Counted from the first letter of the stretch, positions 9,531 to 19,838 are shown. The stretch: DNA of 64,000 nucleotides from Candidatus Omnitrophota bacterium (GCA_050258455.1 JBLMYT010000114.1:55995-119994), one strand, 5' to 3'. The notes: a model not told the origin generated them from the letters alone. Numbers and translations: made by a program.

Positions 9531-9857
9531 ATGAAAAACGAACAGTCAAATCCCGATAACGTAAACAAAAACAAAAACAAAAACCAAAGCCCAATGGATT
9601 TAACCCCTAAAAAAGCCGTGGCGTTAAAATACGAGATGGGAAAAGACCGGGCGCCCCGCATCGCCGCCAAAGGTTCCGATTTAATCGCGGAAAAAATTAT
9701 CGAAGTAGCCAGAGAGCATCATATCCCCCTTCACGAGGATAAAGAGATGATCCAGGTTCTGGATGCCCTGGACCTGGATATGGAAATTCCTCCCGAACTT
9801 TTTCGCGCCGTTGCCGAAGTCCTCGCGTTTATCTATCGGATGAACAAGAAAATCTAG
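9531..9857 (+). CDS. FlhB C-terminal domain-like protein (EscU/YscU/HrcU-family small protein, YlzI-like)
   Basis: KKAVALKYEMGKDRAPRIAAKGSDLIAEKIIEVAREHHIPLHEDKEMIQVLDALDLDMEIPPELFRAVAEVLAFIY matches the conserved FlhB-C/Bac_export_2 C-terminal fold motifs. Confidence 0.7.
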   Translation: MKNEQSNPDNVNKNKNKNQSPMDLTPKKAVALKYEMGKDRAPRIAAKGSDLIAEKIIEVAREHHIPLHEDKEMIQVLDALDLDMEIPPELFRAVAEVLAFIYRMNKKI

Positions 9858-9861
9858 TATC

Positions 9862-9887
9862 GGGCGCACACACGGGTGCGCCCCTAC
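9862..9887. repeat. REP-like palindrome GGGCGCACACACGGGTGCGCCCCTAC. The 28-mer at 9861-9888 is identical to 36804-36831, which lies inside the NRPS CDS.
   Basis: It sits in the convergent intergenic region between the FlhB-like gene and pilR. The stem is GGGCGCAC/GTGCGCCC. Confidence 0.65.
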
Positions 9888-9896
9888 GGAATTGGC

Positions 9897-11294
9897 CTAC
9901 TTTCCCTTTAAATTGTACTTATCCAACAGATACCGCAACGAGCGGTAATTGAGTTTCAGCATCTCGGCAGTTTTCTTGATACTGCTGTTGTTTAACTCCA
10001 GCGCTTTTAAAATAATCTTCCGGCTAACCGCATCGATATATTGAGAGAAATCAAAATGGTCATCGGATAAGAGGACACCGATATCATTTTCCAATTCACT
10101 TTTTCCGGAGGTATTGTACACCAATTCGGCGGGAAGCGAACTTAAACCGATAAATTTATTCTTTTCCAGAGCCACGGACCGTTCCACCACGTTTTCCAAC
10201 TCCCGAACATTTCCCGGCCAGGAATAAGCCATAAACAAATCCAAGATATCCTTTTCAAATCCTTCGATGCACCGGTTAAACCGGTTGTTGTAGTACGTTA
10301 AAAAATAATGTAAAAACAGGGGGATATCATCCTTTCGTTCCCGAAGCGGCGGCACGGCTATCGAAATGACATTCAGTCGGTAAAAGAGGTCCGACCGAAA
10401 TTCACCGTTTTTAATTCCTTCCATCAGGTCCTTGTTGGTCGAGGCAATAATTCGAACATCCACGTCGATCTCCCGATTTCCGCCCACGCGCCGGATTTTT
10501 CGCTCCTGGATGGCCCGCAACAATTTGACCTGCATCTTCTGCGACATCTCTCCGATTTCATCCAATAGAATCGTCCCCTTATCGGCCAATTCGAATAACC
10601 CTTCCTTATCCTTATAAGCATCGGTAAACGCCCCTTTGGTGTGACCGAACAATTCACTCTCCAGCAGATTCTCCGGTAACGCACCGCAGTTGATGGAGAC
10701 AAACTCATTGCCGGATCGTAAGCTCTTTTTGTGAATGGCCCGGGCAATCAACTCTTTACCCGTTCCGCTCTCCCCGCGAATGAGCACCGTGGAATCCGTT
10801 TGAGCTACCGAATCGATCAACTCGTAAATCTTTAACATCCGAAGGTTCTTTCCCACGATATTCTCAAATTTTTCTTTCTCCGCCAACTGGGACTTCAAGC
10901 GAATATTTTCGGTTTCGGCATTTCGTTTGGTCAGTGTTTTTTCAATAATCAACCGCAATTCATCGAGGTTGAACGGTTTGGTGATATAATCGGCGGCCCC
11001 CAGTTTCATGGCTTCGACCGCATCATTGGCCGACGCATACGCGGTAATCATAATGATCGGTATCTCCGATTTGATGATTTTGATCTTTTTAAGCAGCTCG
11101 ATGCCGCCGATGCCCGGCATTTTGATATCGGAAATGATCAGGTCAACGGTTTCCCCTTTTAACAGCGTCAGGGCATACTCGCTACTTTCAGCCAACGCCA
11201 CGTCATAATTACTCTTCTTCAGGACGATACTCAGCATATTTCGAATGCTGGGATCATCATCCACAATCAATATTTTTGCTTTTTCCTGAAACAT
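9897..11294 (-). CDS. pilR: Sigma-54-dependent response regulator (NtrC family), PilR-like
   Basis: The receiver domain is ILIVDDDPSIRNML...DIKMPG. The AAA+ sigma-54 activator domain has GESGTGKELIARAIH and the GAFTDA motif, and there is a C-terminal HTH. It is the last gene of the pilB-T-C-S-R block. The gene symbol is assigned by synteny only. Confidence 0.85.
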   Translation of the reverse strand: MFQEKAKILIVDDDPSIRNMLSIVLKKSNYDVALAESSEYALTLLKGETVDLIISDIKMPGIGGIELLKKIKIIKSEIPIIMITAYASANDAVEAMKLGAADYITKPFNLDELRLIIEKTLTKRNAETENIRLKSQLAEKEKFENIVGKNLRMLKIYELIDSVAQTDSTVLIRGESGTGKELIARAIHKKSLRSGNEFVSINCGALPENLLESELFGHTKGAFTDAYKDKEGLFELADKGTILLDEIGEMSQKMQVKLLRAIQERKIRRVGGNREIDVDVRIIASTNKDLMEGIKNGEFRSDLFYRLNVISIAVPPLRERKDDIPLFLHYFLTYYNNRFNRCIEGFEKDILDLFMAYSWPGNVRELENVVERSVALEKNKFIGLSSLPAELVYNTSGKSELENDIGVLLSDDHFDFSQYIDAVSRKIILKALELNNSSIKKTAEMLKLNYRSLRYLLDKYNLKGK

Positions 11295-12865
11295 ATGCGT
11301 ATCTCTGTACCAATATCCTTTTGCGAATCAATGGTAATCTCAAACCCATGATCATCCATAATCCGTTTCACCAGCGCCATCCCCAACCCGATCCCGGAGG
11401 TAAACCGGGAATAAAACGGGGTAAATATCCGGGGCAAATCCGCGGGCGCTATACCGATTCCATTATCGGCAATCGACAGGTAAACATCGTCCTCGTTCCG
11501 GTAAAGATTAATCTCAATGGTTCCGTTCTCATTCACGGCCTTGATCGCATTGGTAATCAGATTCCACAGGGCCTGCTTCATCTTCTTCATGTCGGCAGAC
11601 ACCCAATACCCGGGACTGTACTTGCGAATCAAGGTCACCCCCTGATGATGGATCAACACCAGCTCCGCAATTTCATCGATGAGCGCCGCCATATCGACCT
11701 GGCTCCGCTCCAGGGGCGTCACTTTGGTAAACTCCAGAAAGTATTCGATGGAATTGGATAACCGCGTGGATTCCCTCACAATGATATCCATCAACTTTTT
11801 ATACTCTTCATTTTCAAATTGCAGCTCTTTACTCAAAAACTGAACCGACCCCGAAATCGAGGCCAGAGGATTTCGAATCTCATGGGCAATACCCGCAGAC
11901 ATCTCCCCAATCAGCGCCAGATGCTCCTTTTTCTTCAACTCTTCTTCGATGGCCCGCCGCTGCGTCAAATCGGTCACGATAAACACAAACAACTTATCGA
12001 AGGAGTAAATCTTTTCAATGATGGAAACCGAAACCCCCAACGTCAACAGGTGACTCTGGATCTCAAAATAGTTTTTGTTGTCTTCCTGGGAAATCTTCCG
12101 GATTTGATTGGCATCGAACTTTGAAAACAACAAATCAAAGATATTGCTGCCGGCGTTGATTTTGAGCATGGATTTGGCTTTTTCATTGTAAGAGATAACC
12201 GCCCCGTTGGAGTCGCTGGTAATAAACCCATTCTCCATTTTTTCCATGACCGTGTTGTTGAGCAAAATCATGTCCCTTAAGTTCTCCCGGGCGTTTCGCA
12301 ATTCCGCGTCCGTTTTTCGCAGCCGGTCAAAGTAGTAGGAGGAAAGGAACGCCACACTCGAAAAGGCCAGAATACTCATCGCCAGATTGTAGACAAAATT
12401 CCCCAACGAAATCTCGACCGCGGCATTGGGCGGATAAAACGGAATGATCTCGAGGTAGATCAGATTCGAAAGCACCCCAAAGACGATAAACGATAAGGAG
12501 GCAATATAGATCGTGTCCCGCCGGTTCAAAAACACCGCCGATACAATGATCGGTAAAATGTAGAGGAAGTAAAACGGGCTTCGAAACGCCTGGGAAAAAT
12601 AAACCAGGATCGTAATCAACGTGATATCCACCATTAACTGGATATAGACCGCCACCCGGTAGTTCAGGCGCTTGAATAAGGGAAAATGCAGGAGACTGCA
12701 AAGAAACGCAACGCCCAGGGCGATAATAATGGGACGAGCCGGAAAGGGAATATCGAAGAGTAAAAGGAAAACCGAGATGAAGATAAGCGCGGATAAAACA
12801 GCAATACGAATGGAATTGACAAAGATAAACTTTCGTCTGATTTTCTTATCTTCTATCGCAATCAA
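11267..12865 (-). CDS. pilS: Sensor histidine kinase with a multi-TM N-terminal domain, PilS-like
   Basis: Six or more N-terminal TM helices are followed by a PAS-like region. The HisKA H-box is GIAHEIRNPLASISG and the HATPase_c G-boxes are DNGIGI and GIGLGMALV. The gene overlaps pilR by 28 nt. The start codon is uncertain; the ORF track uses TTG at 12865. Confidence 0.8.
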   Translation of the reverse strand: MIAIEDKKIRRKFIFVNSIRIAVLSALIFISVFLLLFDIPFPARPIIIALGVAFLCSLLHFPLFKRLNYRVAVYIQLMVDITLITILVYFSQAFRSPFYFLYILPIIVSAVFLNRRDTIYIASLSFIVFGVLSNLIYLEIIPFYPPNAAVEISLGNFVYNLAMSILAFSSVAFLSSYYFDRLRKTDAELRNARENLRDMILLNNTVMEKMENGFITSDSNGAVISYNEKAKSMLKINAGSNIFDLLFSKFDANQIRKISQEDNKNYFEIQSHLLTLGVSVSIIEKIYSFDKLFVFIVTDLTQRRAIEEELKKKEHLALIGEMSAGIAHEIRNPLASISGSVQFLSKELQFENEEYKKLMDIIVRESTRLSNSIEYFLEFTKVTPLERSQVDMAALIDEIAELVLIHHQGVTLIRKYSPGYWVSADMKKMKQALWNLITNAIKAVNENGTIEINLYRNEDDVYLSIADNGIGIAPADLPRIFTPFYSRFTSGIGLGMALVKRIMDDHGFEITIDSQKDIGTEIRICFRKKQKY

Positions 12866-12890
12866 TTTGATTTATGTCGTTTATTACTCG

Positions 12891-14105
12891 TTATCCGACT
12901 TTTCCGATGATGTCGAACATGGGCATGTACATGGCAATGATGACGCCGCCGACCAATCCGCCCAGAACGAGGATCAGGAGCGGTTCCATCAAGGCCACGA
13001 GCGCATCGACCGCATGGTTCACTTCTTCGTCGTAAAAATCCGCAATTTTCGACAACATCGTGGAAAGGGCTCCGGTCTGTTCCCCCACGGATACCATTTG
13101 CGTGACCATGTGGGGAAAAAGTTTTTGTTCTTCCCAAGAATCGCCCAGCGGTTTTCCTTCCTGGACCGATAACCGGCTTTTCAACACCGCATCTTCGATG
13201 ATGGAGTTTCCCGCGGTTTTGGCGGTAATGGTCATGGCTTCGATGATTTCGACACCGGAATTCAATAAGGTTTCAAGGGTACGCGTCATGCGGGCCACAC
13301 CGGATTTTAACAACAGACCGCCGAATACGGGGAGTTTTAATTTAATCCGGTCCAATACCCGTCGGCCTTTGTACGTGCGGTTGTACTTCCTCAAGGCAAA
13401 TACGCCCGCAATACCGGCCGCAATAATATACAAAATATTATATTGAACGAAATGAGACACATCGATAATAATCTGCGTGGGCATGGGAAGCGATGCCCCG
13501 AGGTTTTTAAATAAATCCTCAAATATCGGAACCACTTTGATCATGATGACAGCCGTAATGACCACGGCAATAATTAAAACGGCAATGGGATAAGAGAGCG
13601 CGGATTTGACTTTCCCGATCAATCGGTTCATGCTTTCGATGTATTGCGATAACCGCAGCAAAATGGTGTCAAGGTTACCCGACGCTTCACCGGCCTGGAT
13701 CATGCTGGTGTACAATTCATTAAAAATATCGGGGTACAACCGCATGGCATTGGAGAGGTTGGAACCGGCCTCGACATCTTTGCGAATCTCCTGGAGCGCT
13801 TCCTGGAAATATTTATTTTTCTGCTGGGCCGCCAATATCCCGAGGCCCTGCGTTACCGGCAATCCGGCATTGAACATAACGGCCAACTGGCGGTTGAATA
13901 CGGAGAGATCGCGAAGCGAAACGCCTTTTTTTCGCTTTCCCGAAATAAACGGGATGCGAAACGCCATGGCTTTGCGCTCGATGTTGATCACCTGAATTTG
14001 CTCCTTTTCCAGCGCAGCAATCAACTCCTGCTGGGAACGCACGTTCCGCTCCCCAGTCACCATATTTCCCATACGATTTTTTCCTTTATACTTAAATATC
14101 GGCAT
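12891..14105 (-). CDS. pilC: Type IV pilus assembly platform protein PilC (GspF family)
   Basis: Two GspF repeats and three TM segments are present. The N-terminus MPIFKYKGKNRMGNMVTGE is typical of PilC. Confidence 0.9.
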   Translation of the reverse strand: MPIFKYKGKNRMGNMVTGERNVRSQQELIAALEKEQIQVINIERKAMAFRIPFISGKRKKGVSLRDLSVFNRQLAVMFNAGLPVTQGLGILAAQQKNKYFQEALQEIRKDVEAGSNLSNAMRLYPDIFNELYTSMIQAGEASGNLDTILLRLSQYIESMNRLIGKVKSALSYPIAVLIIAVVITAVIMIKVVPIFEDLFKNLGASLPMPTQIIIDVSHFVQYNILYIIAAGIAGVFALRKYNRTYKGRRVLDRIKLKLPVFGGLLLKSGVARMTRTLETLLNSGVEIIEAMTITAKTAGNSIIEDAVLKSRLSVQEGKPLGDSWEEQKLFPHMVTQMVSVGEQTGALSTMLSKIADFYDEEVNHAVDALVALMEPLLILVLGGLVGGVIIAMYMPMFDIIGKVG

Positions 14106-14114
14106 GTTATTCCT

Positions 14115-15278
14115 CTAAAAATTTTCTAACGTTTTGCCCCGAACCGGGTTTTGTCCTTGAGGAACCGGAGATGTGCCATACGTGCTCTTCAATTGGGTGG
14201 ATAAAGCTCCCGGTCCCCGCTTGATCATCTCATTTAATTCCTCCGGATTGTGAGAGGTTTTCTGGGCTGTGTCCAATGAAATTTGTCGTTTAAAATACAG
14301 ATTGGCCAGGGATTGGTTGTAGGTAATCATCCCGTATTTTTCCTGGCCGGTTTGCATGGCCGAATAGATCTGATGGATCTTGTTATCCCGAATCAGATGC
14401 CTGACGGCCGGCGTGGGAATCAGCACTTCGATGGCCAATACCCGGCCGCGCCCATCGGCTCGCTGAAGGAGATTCTGGGTCACGATCCCTTCCAGATTCA
14501 TCGACAACTGGGTTCGGACCTGATCCTGCTGGTGCGGCGGGAAGACGTCGATCATACGGTTGATGGTCTGGGACGCCGAATTGGTGTGAAGGGTTCCAAA
14601 GGTCAGGTGACCGGTTTCGGCAATCGTAATTGCAGACTGAATCGTTTCCAGGTCTCTCATTTCCCCGATTAACACGACGTCGGGGTCTTCGCGGAGAACC
14701 GAGCGCAGGGCTTCGCTAAACCCTTTGGTGTCGGCGTGAAGCTCCCGCTGATTGATCATGGCTTTCTTGTGCGAATGCAGGTATTCGATGGGATCTTCGA
14801 TCGTGATGATATGAACGGGTTTTTCACTATTGATCTTATCGATCATGGCCGCCAGCGTTGTGGTTTTACCCGAACCCGTGGGGCCGGTGACCAATACCAG
14901 TCCCCGAGGTTTTTCCGCCATTTTGGCCACCACCTGCGGGAGTCCCAATTTTTCAAAACTCCAGATTTCATAGGGGATCCGCCGAAACGCACCGGCGACG
15001 GCTCCCCTCTGCATAAAGATATTGGCACGAAACCGGGCAATCCCTTTGATACCGAAGGAAAAATCCAGCTCCCAACTCTCCTCGAATTTGTACTTTTGGT
15101 TATCATTCAGGATACTGTAAATGAGTTGCTTGGTCTCTGCGGGCGTTAACTGAGGATGCTCGATTCGTTTTAAATCGCCGTGAACCCGGATAACCGGTGA
15201 AGAATTGGTCGTGACGTGAAGGTCGGTCCCTCCTTCGTCCACCATGATTTTCAATAACTGAGGAAGCGGGAGTGCCAT
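14115..15278 (-). CDS. pilT: Twitching-motility retraction ATPase PilT
   Basis: Walker A is LVLVTGPTGSGKTTTLAAMI, the Asp box and His box are present, and the AIRNLIRE-like motif is VRHLIRDNKIHQIYS. The protein is 387 aa. Confidence 0.9.
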   Translation of the reverse strand: MALPLPQLLKIMVDEGGTDLHVTTNSSPVIRVHGDLKRIEHPQLTPAETKQLIYSILNDNQKYKFEESWELDFSFGIKGIARFRANIFMQRGAVAGAFRRIPYEIWSFEKLGLPQVVAKMAEKPRGLVLVTGPTGSGKTTTLAAMIDKINSEKPVHIITIEDPIEYLHSHKKAMINQRELHADTKGFSEALRSVLREDPDVVLIGEMRDLETIQSAITIAETGHLTFGTLHTNSASQTINRMIDVFPPHQQDQVRTQLSMNLEGIVTQNLLQRADGRGRVLAIEVLIPTPAVRHLIRDNKIHQIYSAMQTGQEKYGMITYNQSLANLYFKRQISLDTAQKTSHNPEELNEMIKRGPGALSTQLKSTYGTSPVPQGQNPVRGKTLENF

Positions 15279-15298
15279 GTTGTTCTCCTATTTCTATT

Positions 15299-17008
15299 TT
15301 ATAATTTGGATGTTTCCCTGACCACTTCATCGATGGACGTGGCACCGAGCTTGATTTTTTCGATGCCGCTCAATCGAAGGGTCAGCATTCCTTTTTCTTT
15401 CGCCTTTTGTCTTAATTCGGTGGTCGAGGCACCGATCATGATTTGCTCGCGTAATTCTTCGTCAATTTCCATGACTTCGAATAATCCGACTCTTCCCTTG
15501 TACCCCGTGTTGCTGCATTTTTCACACCCATTGGGTTCGAAAATCTTGGCGCTTTTGGCCTCTTCGGGCAGAAAACCGACATCGATCAGGGTTTGAACGG
15601 GTGTTTTGGCCGGTTTTTTACAGGAACACAACCGCCGGACCAATCGCTGGGCCGCCACGAGGCGGACCGCACTGGCCACGAGAAACGGCTCGATGCCCAT
15701 GTTAATCAACCGGGCAATCGTCGAGGGCGCATCGTTGGTATGAAGCGTGGACAACACCAGGTGTCCGGTTAATGCGGCTTTGATCGCAATGTCAGCCGTC
15801 TCAAAATCACGGATCTCCCCGACCAGGATGATGTTGGGGTCCTGCCGGAGGAACGAACGCAGCGCTGCCGGGAAGGTCAACCCGATCGCTTCCCGGATGT
15901 TGACCTGGTTGATTCCGAACAGGTTGAATTCAACCGGGTTTTCCGCGGTCAGGATGTTGACTTCATCGCTGTTTAACTTGGAAATGGCCGAATACAGGGT
16001 ATTGGTTTTTCCCGACCCGGTCGGACCCGTGACCAGCACGATGCCCCAGGGTTCGGAAATACTCTTTTCAAACCGCTGCATGGAGAGGGGTTCAAAACCC
16101 AGTTTGGTCATGTCCAGCATCAAATTGTCTTTATCCAGCAATCGGATAACAATTTTTTCACCGTGAATCGTGGGCAGCGACGAGACGCGCATGTCGATGG
16201 ATTTGGTTTTACCATCCACCTGCAATTTGGTCTTGATACGCCCATCCTGGGGAAGCCGGCGTTCGGCAATATCGATCCCGGCAATCAGCTTGACCCGGGA
16301 TAAAACCTTGTTTTTCAAATTCATCGGAGGCGTCATGTATTCGTGCAAGACACCGTCGATTCGAAACCGAATTCGAAAGACTTTTTCATACGGTTCGAAA
16401 TGAATATCCGAGGCGCCTTTGGTGACCGAGTCCTGGAAAATCAAATTCACGAGTTTAATGGCCGGAGCATCTTCGTCATTCTCACCTTCATACCCATATT
16501 CCTCTTCATCGGCCACCAATTGGACGGAACTTTCGTCCACTTCTCCCAACTCGAATTCTTCGAGGAATTTTTGGGCTTCAATGCCCGTGGACGATCCGTA
16601 ATATTTATCGATCGCCTGAATAATCGAACTCTCCGGTGAGATCACAGCCTGGATTCGTAAGTTGGTGGAAAAACGGATTTCCTCCTGAACAAACAGGTTG
16701 GAGGGATCCGCCATGGCCAGGGTCAGGATGGAGCCGATCCGGTGAACCGGCATGACAATGTGTTTGCGGGCCGTCTCGGGCTTGATCAATTCCAATACCC
16801 GTTCATCGATATCGAATTTGGATAAATTAATGGACGGGTAACCGAATTGTTTACTCAATGCCTGGGCAATGTCTTCTTCGGTGACATACCCCATCCGGAT
16901 CAGAATGCTCCCCAATTTTCCGGGTTCTTTTTTCTGTGCCTCCAGGGCGTTTGTCAGTTGCTCCTGGGTAATTTTATTATCATCTAGTAAAAACTCTCCA
17001 ATCTTCAT
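15299..17008 (-). CDS. pilB: Type IV pilus assembly ATPase PilB (GspE family)
   Basis: An N-terminal GSPII_E_N domain is present. Walker A is VLVTGPTGSGKTNTLYSAI and the tetracysteine motif is CSCKK...CEKC. The protein is 569 aa. Confidence 0.9.
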   Translation of the reverse strand: MKIGEFLLDDNKITQEQLTNALEAQKKEPGKLGSILIRMGYVTEEDIAQALSKQFGYPSINLSKFDIDERVLELIKPETARKHIVMPVHRIGSILTLAMADPSNLFVQEEIRFSTNLRIQAVISPESSIIQAIDKYYGSSTGIEAQKFLEEFELGEVDESSVQLVADEEEYGYEGENDEDAPAIKLVNLIFQDSVTKGASDIHFEPYEKVFRIRFRIDGVLHEYMTPPMNLKNKVLSRVKLIAGIDIAERRLPQDGRIKTKLQVDGKTKSIDMRVSSLPTIHGEKIVIRLLDKDNLMLDMTKLGFEPLSMQRFEKSISEPWGIVLVTGPTGSGKTNTLYSAISKLNSDEVNILTAENPVEFNLFGINQVNIREAIGLTFPAALRSFLRQDPNIILVGEIRDFETADIAIKAALTGHLVLSTLHTNDAPSTIARLINMGIEPFLVASAVRLVAAQRLVRRLCSCKKPAKTPVQTLIDVGFLPEEAKSAKIFEPNGCEKCSNTGYKGRVGLFEVMEIDEELREQIMIGASTTELRQKAKEKGMLTLRLSGIEKIKLGATSIDEVVRETSKL

Positions 17009-17055
17009 TGTCCTTGCCTGTTATGTGTTTTTACTTACTCTTTTATTCTTTCGGT

Positions 17056-18240
17056 TCACTTAACCAATATAAAACCTGATACTGCGAGATTTTTTACCGA
17101 TCCCCCGCTATTTAGTCCGATTGCCAGATCCACGATAAAGTTCTTGAGATTGAATCCCAATCCCAATCCATACAGGGCATTGGATTCGTTACCCAAAAAA
17201 TGCTTTTGATTTAAATCGTTGAACATCCCCCCTCTGACAAATAGTTTATTATTAAAAAATCCTTTCTCAATACCGAATGAAATGGGTTGCATGGCTTCGC
17301 CCGTATAGAGCAAATCCGCTTTTTGCAAATCCATATCCAGATAAAATCCCCAACTGGGGTTGGGGCGAAACGCCAGACCCGCGGTAAACCGTCTCGGAAT
17401 TTGGATGTCCCGCACCGGGCTTTGAATTTTGGCTTTTCCGAAATTTTTCACGGCCATTCCGACCGTAAAATAATTGCCCAGACCAATATTAAGACCGACA
17501 TCGGACACGATTTTCGAAAAACTTTTTCCTCCGTCTTTACCGGCATTGGTCCAACCGTACCGAAGGTAGTCGGCGGTGCCGGTTCCTGCCGTAAAAATAT
17601 CGGACACAATGGAACGATTAAAGTCATTGATTTTCCCATTCAAATAGTGAACGGCAATTCCCAAATGAATCGAGCTGTAAATCTGAAGGCCATAGGCCAA
17701 GGAAATCTGTTTGTACTTGAGCCCTAGAAAATTCATGTTCAACGACGCGATATCCTCGTTGGTGACCTCGGAAATATCTTTATTAAAGATACCGGTTCCG
17801 GGATCGACCGGACTCACCACCGCGGTATTGACAAACGAGACGGCAAACCCATAACCCTTGGAAACAAAACCGGGTATACTGGAGCTGTATCCATTCATGC
17901 CGTTTTTGGACCCGTACAGGTCTTTGAGTTTTGAAAAAAGGGCGGTCTTATTCTGCGCATTGAGATGACTAAAATTCGCCAACTCGACTCCCAGCACCTC
18001 GCTCAACCGATCCTGAAAATTTTTGTCGTCCAGGTAACTATTTTGGTATTGGTAACCATAGAGCTGGTAATCGTTTGACGATAAAATTGCGGGGTTGATA
18101 AAGATGGAGTTGATGTCGTAATTAAATGCCGAGGATGCGTATCCGAGAGATAATGACCGCGCGCCGTAATACGAAGGGACAACGGAAAAGACGTGAATTG
18201 TCAGCCCGCATAATATAATCAGCATAATTCGTTTTTTCAT
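17056..18240 (-). CDS. Secreted protein, probably outer-membrane-associated (beta-rich, Gly/Ser/Tyr-rich), encoded immediately upstream of pilB
   Basis: The internal start MKKRIMLIILCGLTIHVFS at 18240 carries a signal peptide. The composition is typical of OM beta-barrel proteins. No family could be assigned. Confidence 0.45.
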   Translation of the reverse strand: MKKRIMLIILCGLTIHVFSVVPSYYGARSLSLGYASSAFNYDINSIFINPAILSSNDYQLYGYQYQNSYLDDKNFQDRLSEVLGVELANFSHLNAQNKTALFSKLKDLYGSKNGMNGYSSSIPGFVSKGYGFAVSFVNTAVVSPVDPGTGIFNKDISEVTNEDIASLNMNFLGLKYKQISLAYGLQIYSSIHLGIAVHYLNGKINDFNRSIVSDIFTAGTGTADYLRYGWTNAGKDGGKSFSKIVSDVGLNIGLGNYFTVGMAVKNFGKAKIQSPVRDIQIPRRFTAGLAFRPNPSWGFYLDMDLQKADLLYTGEAMQPISFGIEKGFFNNKLFVRGGMFNDLNQKHFLGNESNALYGLGLGFNLKNFIVDLAIGLNSGGSVKNLAVSGFILVK

Positions 18241-18331
18241 TCTTTCTATAATACAATACCAAAAATGAATATGCAATACTCTGCGTCAAAACTTTTGAAT
18301 TTATTATAAGCGAAACAATTAATATCGTCGA

Positions 18332-19021
18332 TTAATTGTCCATCAATCCCCTGTTTTTAAAACTAAAACTGCTGGTTTTGCCGATAATAATATGATCCAA
18401 CAGCCGGATTCCCAGAAGGTCGGCGGATTCCTGCAATCGCTTGGTAATCAGGATATCTTCGGCGCTGGGATGCACATCGCCGCCCGGATGATTGTGAACG
18501 CAAATGATACTGGCGGCCCGATCGGTCAATGCATCGGCAAAGACTTCCCGCGGATGAATGAGCGATTGATTCAGCGTCCCGATAAACACCGTGCGCTTCT
18601 CGATCAGATGGTTCCCTCCATCCAGCGTGAGCGTCAAAAAATATTCCTGCTTTTTTTCCCGTAATTCTTCGACCAGCGGAAGCACGTCCACATCGTTTCG
18701 AATCCGGATGCCCACATGAACCAGAAAACGCCGGGAATACTCGATCGCTGCCAGAAGCTGACAGGCCCGAACCGCTCCGATTCCTTCCACCCCTTGCAGT
18801 TTCTCCAGAGAGAGCGTGCAAAAATTATCTTCGATGATTTCCGTGATCTCATGAGCGATCTCATACAGATCGCGATTTCGGGTCCCGCATCCCACCAGAA
18901 CCGCCGCCAATTCGAGGTTGGACAGGGATTCCGGCCCGCGTGTGACCATCTTCTCTCGGGGACGGTCGAACCGGGGAACGTCTTTAAATTTCCTAATGCC
19001 GCTTTTGTTCGATTTTGCCAT
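18332..19021 (-). CDS. radC: RadC-family protein (JAB/MPN domain, UPF0758)
   Basis: The JAMM motif is ICVHNHPGGDVHPSAEDILITKRL and there is an N-terminal HhH region. Confidence 0.85.
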   Translation of the reverse strand: MAKSNKSGIRKFKDVPRFDRPREKMVTRGPESLSNLELAAVLVGCGTRNRDLYEIAHEITEIIEDNFCTLSLEKLQGVEGIGAVRACQLLAAIEYSRRFLVHVGIRIRNDVDVLPLVEELREKKQEYFLTLTLDGGNHLIEKRTVFIGTLNQSLIHPREVFADALTDRAASIICVHNHPGGDVHPSAEDILITKRLQESADLLGIRLLDHIIIGKTSSFSFKNRGLMDN

Positions 19022-19139
19022 AAAAACATCCTTCGACGTTAAGTTTTACAGCAAAACCAAAAAAATGTCAAATATTTTTAACTTTATATTTTATATTTTT
19101 CGATATTTTCTTCGCTATTTTTCGATTCGATAAGCGCCA

Positions 19140-19625
19140 TTATTTCCCGAGGAGTTCCTTGACCTTCTGTTTCAACTCTTCGCCCCTCAATCCGGAGGCC
19201 ACGATTTTTCCTTTTTTGATCACAAACACCGACGGAATAAATTGAACATTGTATTTCTCGGCGATCTCGCCCCCGACTTTCCGATCGATAATGTGAACCC
19301 AGTCCATCTTCAGGTCCTTGACAAACTGCACCGCATTCTGATCGTTCCGTTCAAACCCGTTCACGCTGATGATTTCAAAATTTTTATTGTTTTTAAACGT
19401 ATTCTTCAGGGAAACCAACGTCGGGATTTCCTTTCGGCAGGGCCCGCACCACGTTGCCCAAAAATCGAGAACAACGATTTTATTGTTGAAATCAGATAAT
19501 TTTATCTTTTTTCCATTCGTATCCACCGCGCTGAAATTAAACGCGTCCGAATCGGCAACCACGGTCAACGAGGTGCATGACAAAACCACGATCATCATGA
19601 GAAAAAGAAACATTTGCTTTTTCAT
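19140..19625 (-). CDS. TlpA/ResA-like thiol-disulfide oxidoreductase lipoprotein (thioredoxin fold)
   Basis: The lipobox is VLSCTS and the CxxC active site is WATWCGPCRKE. Confidence 0.85.
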   Translation of the reverse strand: MKKQMFLFLMMIVVLSCTSLTVVADSDAFNFSAVDTNGKKIKLSDFNNKIVVLDFWATWCGPCRKEIPTLVSLKNTFKNNKNFEIISVNGFERNDQNAVQFVKDLKMDWVHIIDRKVGGEIAEKYNVQFIPSVFVIKKGKIVASGLRGEELKQKVKELLGK

Positions 19626-19838
19626 TCTTCAAAATCTCCTTATGTTTTACTTCGGAATCCCACGCGACCCCACGTCCATCATCCGAAACTGAATTATATC
19701 ACCAATAGCATAAAAAAAAAATATGGCTTCCATTAAAACAAATAAAATTCGTTTACCAGAGAAGTTCTATTGATTTTTCATGAAATATGCGGTATCATTC
19801 TTTTACTCCTGATACGCCGTAACAACGTTTTTTAGACG

